Assembly (NCBI GenBank): GCA_038327465.1
Contig: JBBQLB010000012.1
Coordinates: 5,550 to 69,549 of the forward strand
From: Sphingomonadales bacterium
Lineage (GTDB): Bacteria; Pseudomonadota; Alphaproteobacteria; Sphingomonadales; Sphingomonadaceae
Reading direction: 5' to 3'
DNA length: 64,000 nt
Of the stretch, positions 56,759-64,000 are shown piece after piece (the first letter of the stretch is position 1; the number at the start of each line of letters is the position of its first letter). Below the pieces are notes generated by a model. It ran no database searches. It saw nothing but the letters and a program-made list of their open reading frames with translations, and had not been told where the DNA came from. The position numbers and the translations under genes were made by a program.

Positions 56759-59437
56759 GTGAACAACACGGTTTACGATCAGCACGTCGCCGAAGCGGCG
56801 CTGCGCGCGCGGCGCTATTCTCCCTTCCTCGCGATGCTGATCGATCGCGAACCGGCGCTGGCGGCGGATTTTGCGGCGGGCGTGCTCCCCGCGCTTTCCG
56901 GGCTGGATTTGTTCGAGCTCGAGACGCCCGCGCCGCGACGCTTGCGGCTCGCCAGGCGTCGGCTCGCGCTACGGGTGGCGATCGGCGATCTGGCGGGGCG
57001 TGATGATCTGACGGCGGTGACGCATGCGCTCTCCGATTTTGCAGACGTTGCGCTCGACACCGCGATCCGCACCGCGATTGAAGAGCGGACGCCGGGCGCC
57101 GAACCGCGCGGGTTCACCGCGATCGCGCTTGGCAAGCAGGGTAGCCGCGAACTCAATTATTCGTCCGATATCGACCCGATCCTGCTGTTCGACCCCAAGA
57201 CACTCCCGTGCCGCCCGCGCGAGGCACCCGAGGAAGCGGCGGTGCGGATCGCACGGCGCGTCGTCGAAATCCTCCAGACGAGCGATGGCGATGGCTATGT
57301 GCTGCGCGTCGATCTGCGCTTGCGCCCCTCGCCCGAAGTCACGCCGATCGCTCTGTCGGTCGATGCGGCGATCTCTTATTATGAGTCGCTCGCGTTGCCG
57401 TGGGAACGCGCCGCCTTCATTCGCGCTCGGGCGGCCGCGGGGGACGCCGTGCTGGGCGAGAGCTTTCTGGCGGCCGTGGCCCCGTTCGTGTGGCGCCGCG
57501 CGCTCGATTTCGGCGCGATCGGCGAGATTCGCGGGATTTCCCGGCGGATTCGCGATCATTATGCGCAAGGGCAGGCGTTCGGCCCGGGGTTCGACCTCAA
57601 GCGTGGACGCGGCGGGATACGGGAAGTCGAATTTTTCACGCAAATCCACCAATTGATCCATGGCGGGCGCGACCCGGCCCTGCGCGTGCCCGACACGCGC
57701 GCTGCTTTGGCCGCGCTGGCGGCGGCGGGCTGGGTTGATCCGGATGAGGCGACGGCGCTGAGCACAGCTTACACGCTTTTCCGCACGATCGAGCACCGCG
57801 TCCAGATGATCGACGATCGCCAGACGCATGTGCTTCCCAGCGGCGCTGCGCTCGATGCGGTCGCGTGGCTTCACGGCGTGGCGGATGGTAGCGCTTTGCT
57901 CGATCTGCTGCGCCCGCATGTCGTGGGGACCGCGCGCAGCTATGACGCGCTTGACCCCGATGAGGGCGACGCGCTGTCGTTCGATGCGGACCATCTTGCC
58001 GGGCAACTCGCCGCGTCCGGGTTCGAGGCAACCGACGTCGCGGCGCAGCGAATCGTGCAGTGGCGGGGCGGGGCCTATCCTGCGTTGCGCAGCGCCGCCG
58101 CACGTGCGGCGCTGGAGGCGGTGCTGCCCGGCCTGATCGTGGCACTGGGGAGTTCGCCCGATCCGCAAGCGGCGATCATCCGGCTCGACCGGATGCTCGC
58201 GCGGCTGTCGAGCGCGGTCAATTTCTTCCGCTTGATCGAGGCACGACCGGCGCTCGGGCGCTTGCTCGGGCTGATCCTGAGCCATGCGGAGACGCTCGCC
58301 GAGGATCTCGCACGGCGACCCGAACTGTTCGACGGGCTGATCGATGCGACCGCGCTCGATCCGGTCGGGGACGTCAGCATGCTTGCAGCCGAAATGACGG
58401 GCGGCGCGGATTATCAGGCGCAACTCGACTATGTTCGTCGCATTGTCGGCGAGAAGCGCTTTGCGCTCGGCACGCAAATCATCGCCGGTGCGGCCGACCC
58501 GCTCGATGTGTCGGCAGGCTATGCGCGGGTCGCTGAGGCGGCGATCTGCGTTCTGGCCGGGGCAACGATCGCCGAATTCGCCGCCGCGCATGGGCGGGTA
58601 CCCGACAGCGAACTCGTCATCCTGGCGCTCGGGCGGATGGGCGGTGGCGCACTGACGCATGCCTCCGACCTCGATCTGATTTATTTGTTCACTGGCGATT
58701 ATCTGGCGGAGTCTGACGGTCGCAAACCGCTTGGCGCGGTGCTGTATTATAACCGCCTGGCGCAACGGATCAGCGCGGCGCTGTCGGTGCCGACCGCATC
58801 GGGACCGCTGTATGAGATCGACACGCGGCTGCGCCCGTCGGGCACGCACGGGCCGCTCTGCGTTTCGCTCGACGGGTTCGCACGGTATCAGCGCGAGAGT
58901 GCGTGGACGTGGGAGCATATGGCGCTCGCACGCGCGCGTCCGGTGTATGGATCGGCGCACGCGCGGGCGGCGGTCGCGGCGGTGATTGGTGATGTTCTGC
59001 GGGGCGATCGGCCGAAGCGCGACGTGATCGCCGATGCAACCGCGATGCGCGCCGAGATGGCGACGCACAAACCGCCGCTTGGTCCGCTCGATGCGAAATT
59101 GCTGCCGGGCGGTTTGGTCGATCTCGAATTCGCGGTGCATATGGTTCAGCTTGAAAGCGGGGAGGGACTCGATCCCAATTTGCGCGTCGCGATCGCTGCG
59201 TTGATTGCCGCCGGAAGGGCGCCTCCAAAGCTGACGGCGGCCTATGATCTGCTCGCGCGGCTGCTCGTGACGCTTCGGCTGGTCGCGCCCGATGCGCAGG
59301 TGCCCGGCGTCGCGAGTCAGGATCTGATCGCGCGGGCGGTTGGGGTGGCGGATTGGCCGACGGTGGTTGCGTCGCTCGAGACGATTCGGCAGGACGTTGC
59401 GGGCTGGCTCGCACAAGTGGAGGGGATCGCGACATGA
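56759..59437 (+). CDS. glnE: Bifunctional glutamine synthetase adenylyltransferase/adenylyl-removing enzyme
   Basis: Two nucleotidyltransferase domains (LGKQG..ELNYSSDID; LGRMGG..L..ASDLD), RVDLRLRP, GGIREVEF. Confidence 0.95.
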   Translation: MNNTVYDQHVAEAALRARRYSPFLAMLIDREPALAADFAAGVLPALSGLDLFELETPAPRRLRLARRRLALRVAIGDLAGRDDLTAVTHALSDFADVALDTAIRTAIEERTPGAEPRGFTAIALGKQGSRELNYSSDIDPILLFDPKTLPCRPREAPEEAAVRIARRVVEILQTSDGDGYVLRVDLRLRPSPEVTPIALSVDAAISYYESLALPWERAAFIRARAAAGDAVLGESFLAAVAPFVWRRALDFGAIGEIRGISRRIRDHYAQGQAFGPGFDLKRGRGGIREVEFFTQIHQLIHGGRDPALRVPDTRAALAALAAAGWVDPDEATALSTAYTLFRTIEHRVQMIDDRQTHVLPSGAALDAVAWLHGVADGSALLDLLRPHVVGTARSYDALDPDEGDALSFDADHLAGQLAASGFEATDVAAQRIVQWRGGAYPALRSAAARAALEAVLPGLIVALGSSPDPQAAIIRLDRMLARLSSAVNFFRLIEARPALGRLLGLILSHAETLAEDLARRPELFDGLIDATALDPVGDVSMLAAEMTGGADYQAQLDYVRRIVGEKRFALGTQIIAGAADPLDVSAGYARVAEAAICVLAGATIAEFAAAHGRVPDSELVILALGRMGGGALTHASDLDLIYLFTGDYLAESDGRKPLGAVLYYNRLAQRISAALSVPTASGPLYEIDTRLRPSGTHGPLCVSLDGFARYQRESAWTWEHMALARARPVYGSAHARAAVAAVIGDVLRGDRPKRDVIADATAMRAEMATHKPPLGPLDAKLLPGGLVDLEFAVHMVQLESGEGLDPNLRVAIAALIAAGRAPPKLTAAYDLLARLLVTLRLVAPDAQVPGVASQDLIARAVGVADWPTVVASLETIRQDVAGWLAQVEGIAT

Positions 59438-59904
59438 AGATCATCGATGAAGGCGGAAAGCTGCCCGCGATCGAACTCGCCACGCCGACGGGTGGGCGAA
59501 TCAACCTTGGCGACTATCTCGGCAAGCCGTTCGTGCTGTATTTCTATCCGAAGGATGACACGTCGGGCTGCACGCGCGAAGCGCAGGATTTTAGCCGCTT
59601 GCTGCCCGAATTCCGCGCGCTGGGGGCCGATGTGCTCGGCGTGTCGCGCGATACGCCGATCAAGCACCAGAAATTCATCGATAAATATGATCTGACCGTG
59701 CCGCTCGCCACCGACGACACCGATGCCGCGATGCAGGCATTCGGCGTGTGGGTCGAGAAGAAGCTCTACGGGAAGACCTATATGGGAATCGACCGCGCGA
59801 CCTTCCTGTTCGACTCGAACGGTGTTCTCGTGCGCAGCTGGCGCAAGGCGCGCGTTCCCGGCCATGTCGTCGATGTGCTCGAGGCGTTGCGCCAGCTCGC
59901 TTGA
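59434..59904 (+). CDS. bcp: Peroxiredoxin Bcp/PrxQ
   Basis: LYFYPKDDTSGCTRE. Confidence 0.95.
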   Translation: MKIIDEGGKLPAIELATPTGGRINLGDYLGKPFVLYFYPKDDTSGCTREAQDFSRLLPEFRALGADVLGVSRDTPIKHQKFIDKYDLTVPLATDDTDAAMQAFGVWVEKKLYGKTYMGIDRATFLFDSNGVLVRSWRKARVPGHVVDVLEALRQLA

Positions 59905-60138
59905 GCGCCAAGGACCCGATTCAGGGGAATTTCCCGAATCGGTACAGTTGTTAACGTTCCGTTCAACGGCTCGCCGCGCCGATCAGCCGCTTCAACGCGC
60001 TGCACCGCACAAGGCCTTGCTTGCGTCCGCCAAAGTCCGTCACACACTAACCGTCCGGATGCAGGGGGGCTGCATGCGGGCGATAGAGGGGCGGGCGCTG
60101 GCATCATCCGGCAATCGCGTAACGGTCGCCGGGGTCAC

Positions 60139-61329
60139 ATGAAATCACTTTCGATTGCGTCGGGTGTGCGATTGGTGTCGCGGATCAAGACCTATTTCAA
60201 AACCCGCGACTTCATTTTTCACGACGGGCGCGATCTCCAGCGCTTTAGCCTAGCTGCACGATCGCAAGCCGTGATCGCGGGCGTTGCTGCCACGACCCTG
60301 TGCTTCTCGGCTTACGGCGTCGCGCAGGCGGCGGTCGGTGCGGTCGCGCTCAGTGGGATCGTCGACGCGCCGCTCTCGCCCGAAGCCAAGGTCGCGCAGA
60401 TGCAGGTGCGCGTCAGCAAGATGCAGGCCGATGTCGCAACGATCCGGCACGCCGCGCAGGTTCGTGCGACGCGCGTCGAGCAGCGTCAGGCGCTGCTGTT
60501 GGCGGTCGTATCGGGCAAGGCCGATGTCGCGATACTGTCGCGGCCGACGCCGAGCATCGATCCGGAATCCGACGCGCTCGCCGCCGATGTGGTTGCGCCG
60601 CTCAAGAAGGTCGAGCAGCAGCAAGCCGCCGTTGCCGTGCAGGCGCGCCGCGTTGCCGATCAACGTTTCGCCCGTGCGCTTGCGCATGTTCGTGGCCTCG
60701 GCATCGCACCCGAACGCCTCCTGCCGAATCAGTCGGCGATGGGCGGTCCGTTCGAAGCTGCCGACAGCGCCGCCGCTGAGGCTGATCTGCGCGCCGACAC
60801 GCAATTCCGCTCGCTGTTCATGACGTGGAAGAAACTCGACACGCTCGAACATGGCGTGATCGCGATTCCCTCGGCGCAGCCGGTCGATCATCTCGCGTAC
60901 ACCAGCAATTACGGCATTCGCTCGGACCCGTTCCGCGGGATCGCCGCGATGCATGGCGGGGTCGATATTCCGGGGCCGGTCGGAACGCCGGTCTATGCCA
61001 CCGCCGATGGTATGGTCGATCGGGCGGAGCGAGCGGGCGGCTATGGCAATATGGTCGAACTCGATCACGGCAAGGGCATCCAGACCCGCTATGGCCACCT
61101 TTCCAAGATTCTGGTCGAGGCGGGCACGCGCGTACACCGCGGCCAGTTGATCGCGCTGATGGGGTCGACCGGACGCTCGACCGGTCCGCATCTGCATTAT
61201 GAAGTGCGGCTCGATGGCCATGCAGTGAACCCCGTGCCCTTCCTGCAAACCGCCGATTATCTGCTGGCGTCGCAGGACCGGGCAGTGCGGGTCATTCCGG
61301 TGGGCGTGGCGGGGCCAGCGGCGGATTGA
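60139..61329 (+). CDS. M23 family metallopeptidase with N-terminal TM and coiled coil (DUF5930-like)
   Basis: H.GVD, GYGN, TRYGHL, GSTGRSTGPHLHYEV. Confidence 0.93.
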   Translation: MKSLSIASGVRLVSRIKTYFKTRDFIFHDGRDLQRFSLAARSQAVIAGVAATTLCFSAYGVAQAAVGAVALSGIVDAPLSPEAKVAQMQVRVSKMQADVATIRHAAQVRATRVEQRQALLLAVVSGKADVAILSRPTPSIDPESDALAADVVAPLKKVEQQQAAVAVQARRVADQRFARALAHVRGLGIAPERLLPNQSAMGGPFEAADSAAAEADLRADTQFRSLFMTWKKLDTLEHGVIAIPSAQPVDHLAYTSNYGIRSDPFRGIAAMHGGVDIPGPVGTPVYATADGMVDRAERAGGYGNMVELDHGKGIQTRYGHLSKILVEAGTRVHRGQLIALMGSTGRSTGPHLHYEVRLDGHAVNPVPFLQTADYLLASQDRAVRVIPVGVAGPAAD

Positions 61330-61376
61330 TCGCTGCGCGCATTGCCGGGACGGCCGCAACCTCCTATCTATCGCGC

Positions 61377-61715
61377 ATGGCCTCGCTTGCACCCCAAATC
61401 GCGCTGACCCCTTCCGCTGCCGCGCGTGTCGCAGCGATTGCAATCAAGCAGGGAAAGCCTGCGATCCTGCGGTTGTCGGTCGATGGTGGTGGCTGCTCGG
61501 GTTTTCAGTACAAGTTCGGTTTCGCCGACGCGGTCGATCAGGACGATGCCGTCGCCGAGCAGGATGGCGTGCGGCTAGTGGTCGATTCGATCAGCCTTGA
61601 TCTCGTGCGCGGGTCGGCGGTCGATTATGTCGAGGAGTTGGGCGGCGCGGCGTTCAAGGTGACCAACCCCAATGCCGCCTCGGGTTGCGGTTGCGGTTCC
61701 AGCTTCGCGGTGTAA
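61377..61715 (+). CDS. erpA: Fe-S cluster insertion protein (ErpA/HesB family)
   Basis: GGGCSGFQY, NPNA.SGCGCG.SF. Confidence 0.92.
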   Translation: MASLAPQIALTPSAAARVAAIAIKQGKPAILRLSVDGGGCSGFQYKFGFADAVDQDDAVAEQDGVRLVVDSISLDLVRGSAVDYVEELGGAAFKVTNPNAASGCGCGSSFAV

Positions 61716-61742
61716 ACCGACCCTGAAACAGGGGTCGCCCAC

Positions 61743-62513
61743 GTGAAGATCGTCACCTTCAACATCAATGGCATCAAGGCGCGCTTGCCGCGCTTGATCG
61801 AATATCTGGCCGAGCAGCAGCCCGATGTGGTGTGCCTGCAGGAGCTCAAGACCAGCGACGAGACTTTCCCCGAGGCCGATATCCGCGCGGCGGGCTATGG
61901 CGCGATCTGGCATGGCCAGAAGAGCTGGAACGGCGTCGCTGTGCTGGCAAAGGGGCAGGATCCGGTAGAGCGCCAGCGGGGGTTGGCTGGCGAACCCGAG
62001 GACGAGCATAGTCGCTATCTCGAGGCGACGGTGAACGGCTTGACGATTGCCTCGCTGTATTTGCCCAATGGCAATCCGCAGCCGGGGACGAAATTCGATT
62101 ACAAACTGCGCTGGATCGACCGGCTGCGCGCGCGCGCGCTCGAGCTGCTCGCCGAAGAGACGCCGGTGGTGTTGGCGGGCGATTACAATGTCATCCCCAA
62201 TGACGACGACACCTATTCGGTGCGCGCGATGCAGGACGATGCACTGATGCAACCCGAAAGCCGTGCGGGGTTCCGCGCGCTGGTCGCGCAAGGCTGGACC
62301 GATGCGCTGCGCACGCGCTACCCGAGCGGCGGGGTGTGGACCTTCTGGGATTATCAGGCGGGCGCGTGGCAGCGCGACGCGGGGTTCCGGATCGACCATT
62401 TGCTGCTCTCACCGATCGCGGCGGACCGGCTGGTCGATGCCGGCGTCGACAAGGACTATCGCGCGCGCGAGAAAGCGAGCGACCATGCGCCGACCTGGGT
62501 CCGCTTGCGATGA
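61743..62513 (+). CDS. xth: Exodeoxyribonuclease III
   Basis: TFNINGI.AR, LQELK, YLPNG, GDYNV, WDY, RIDHLL, SDHAP. Confidence 0.96.
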   Translation: MKIVTFNINGIKARLPRLIEYLAEQQPDVVCLQELKTSDETFPEADIRAAGYGAIWHGQKSWNGVAVLAKGQDPVERQRGLAGEPEDEHSRYLEATVNGLTIASLYLPNGNPQPGTKFDYKLRWIDRLRARALELLAEETPVVLAGDYNVIPNDDDTYSVRAMQDDALMQPESRAGFRALVAQGWTDALRTRYPSGGVWTFWDYQAGAWQRDAGFRIDHLLLSPIAADRLVDAGVDKDYRAREKASDHAPTWVRLR

Positions 62514-63304
62514 TGCGCTGGATTGCGGGAAGCGTGCTGTTGCTCGCGGCGAACCCGGCCTTGGCGGAAGAGCGCGACTATTGCCCGACGCGGCCGGGGC
62601 TTGGCACGACGCCGTGTACGATCGCGCCAAAGCATGTGTCGGTCGAGACCGCGCTGGCCGACTGGACGCTCGACGATCAGAGCGATCAGCGGAGCGATAC
62701 GGTGCTGATCGGTGACACGTTCGTGCGCGTTGGCTTGACCGATAGCATCGAGGCGCAATTCGGCTGGACGCCCTACGGCCATGTCCGCACGCGCGACAAG
62801 ACGACCGGAGCAGTCGATAACGCCGGACGTGTTGGCGACGTGACGCTGGGGATGAAGGCCAATCTGCTGCATCCCGATGGCAGCGGCCTTTCGATCGCGG
62901 TGCAGCCCTTTGCGAGTTTACCTGTGGGCCGCGCACCGGTCGGCGCGGGGAATTGGGGCGCGGGCGTGGTGGTGCCGGTGACCTATGATCTCAGCGACAC
63001 GCTCAATCTGCAGACCACCAGCGAGATCGACGCAGCGGTGGATAGCGACGGCAGCGGGCGGCACCTCGCGTATTCCGAAGTGATCGGGCTCGGCGTCAAA
63101 CTGTCGAAGACGCTCACCGCGACGATCGAAGGCGAGGTGCTGCGCGACGAGGATCCGAGAGGCAAGACTGCGCAGGATCTTGCGTCGGCGTCACTCGCAT
63201 GGGCAGCGAAGCACGATCTGCAAGTCGATCTCGGTGCAGTGGCAGGGCTCAATCGCACTGCCCCGAACCTCGAACTCTATGTCGGCGTTTCGCGCCGGTT
63301 TTGA
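62510..63304 (+). CDS. Putative outer-membrane beta-barrel 'transporter' (MetA-pathway-like)
   Basis: Signal peptide, C..RPG…PC, alternating beta strands, terminal …GVSRRF. Confidence 0.8.
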   Translation: MMRWIAGSVLLLAANPALAEERDYCPTRPGLGTTPCTIAPKHVSVETALADWTLDDQSDQRSDTVLIGDTFVRVGLTDSIEAQFGWTPYGHVRTRDKTTGAVDNAGRVGDVTLGMKANLLHPDGSGLSIAVQPFASLPVGRAPVGAGNWGAGVVVPVTYDLSDTLNLQTTSEIDAAVDSDGSGRHLAYSEVIGLGVKLSKTLTATIEGEVLRDEDPRGKTAQDLASASLAWAAKHDLQVDLGAVAGLNRTAPNLELYVGVSRRF

Positions 63305-63481
63305 GGCACGACCCCCTACCGTAAATTGGCGCCCCGTACCGAAGGTTGGTGTGCGTTACCATTCATCGCTCGTTCAAAAATTTCCGTAACCCTCTGATAA
63401 TCAAACCTTTCAGTGTTTGGCATGACTAATGCACTAACACGGTTGCGGGACGATACCCGCAGGTTTCTAGCGGAGGATATC

Positions 63482-63736
63482 ATGACCAAGCTGTTTCTAA
63501 TCACCACGGTCGCAGTGCTGAGCATCGCAGCCTCGCCCGTCATCGCGAAAGACACGCGCCCGACGGCAGCACCGACCACCGAAGCATCGCAAGGCACCGA
63601 CGGAACGCGCGTCGCAACCCCGGCGAAAAAATATTGCGTCGTCGACTATAACACGGGCTCGCGCCTTCCGCGCAAGACCTGCAAAACGCGCGACGCATGG
63701 CTCGAGGAAGGCTTCGATCCGCTCGCCGAGCAATAA
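63482..63736 (+). CDS. Small secreted hypothetical protein with C…TGSR…C motif
   Basis: Signal peptide; YCVVDYNTGSRLPRKTCKTR..W; GGAGG SD before ATG 63482. Confidence 0.75.
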   Translation: MTKLFLITTVAVLSIAASPVIAKDTRPTAAPTTEASQGTDGTRVATPAKKYCVVDYNTGSRLPRKTCKTRDAWLEEGFDPLAEQ

Positions 63737-63797
63737 GAGCGCGATACTACAGGGGCGGTGCCGCGCTCACCTCGCAGCACCGCCACCCTCTCACGCG

Positions 63798-64000
63798 TCA
63801 AAGCGTCTTTTCAAAAATCCAGTAGCGCTTGTTGATGGTGCAGTTGATCGCCTCGGCAATCGAATTCATCCCCTGATTATCGTCCAGAATCCAGCCGATT
63901 TCACCGCGCGTCGCGCCGTAATCGGCGACCGAGGCGTCCTTGATTTGCTGGATCAGCATGAAGGCGAGCTGGCTCGCCAAGCGCGACGATTGCAATTCCT
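63798..64000 (-). CDS. 3' end of a GNAT-fold N-acyltransferase (partial, runs off window)
   Basis: …QSSRLASQLAF.LI…GEIGWILDDNQGM…INKRYWIFEKTL*. Confidence 0.7.
   Translation of the reverse strand, partial: ELQSSRLASQLAFMLIQQIKDASVADYGATRGEIGWILDDNQGMNSIAEAINCTINKRYWIFEKTL

Noticed and set aside
59905-60138. bcp-M23 intergenic region as a riboswitch or sRNA
   Set aside because: No recognisable aptamer or terminator architecture; explained adequately as a promoter/leader region.

Overview
GC-rich alphaproteobacterial chromosome segment, most consistent with Sphingomonadaceae (Sphingomonas-like), judged from gene content and order. Most of the window is core genome: tRNA-Trp-secE-nusG; a complete dcw cluster (mraZ-rsmH-ftsL-ftsI-murE-murF-mraY-murD-ftsW-murG-murC-murB-ddl-ftsQ-ftsA-ftsZ); argS-SPOR(ftsN-like)-nagZ-scpAB-tatABC; the general stress response (GSR) locus (phyP-like pseudokinase, nepR, phyR, ecfG); and glnE-bcp, M23, erpA, xth. 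Accessory-looking parts are an HscC (Hsp70) plus an atypical membrane J-domain protein, a pair of secreted hypotheticals, vapBC, DUF1800/DUF1501 and two secreted peptidases. The most notable signals are not in the ORF track. (1) A ~100-nt candidate sRNA with a perfect sigma-EcfG promoter, two C-rich-loop hairpins and a U-tract terminator, lying between tatC and the GSR kinase. (2) A 47-aa membrane ORF and a NepR-like 63-aa ORF, each behind an EcfG-type promoter. (3) Several palindromic miniature repeats, three of which are read in frame inside essential dcw genes (murD, murB, murB/ddl junction), one with a nested multi-hairpin insert. (4) Phased 10-bp MraZ-type boxes. No CRISPR array, integrase or transposase was seen. 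All calls come from reading motifs by eye; no database search was run.
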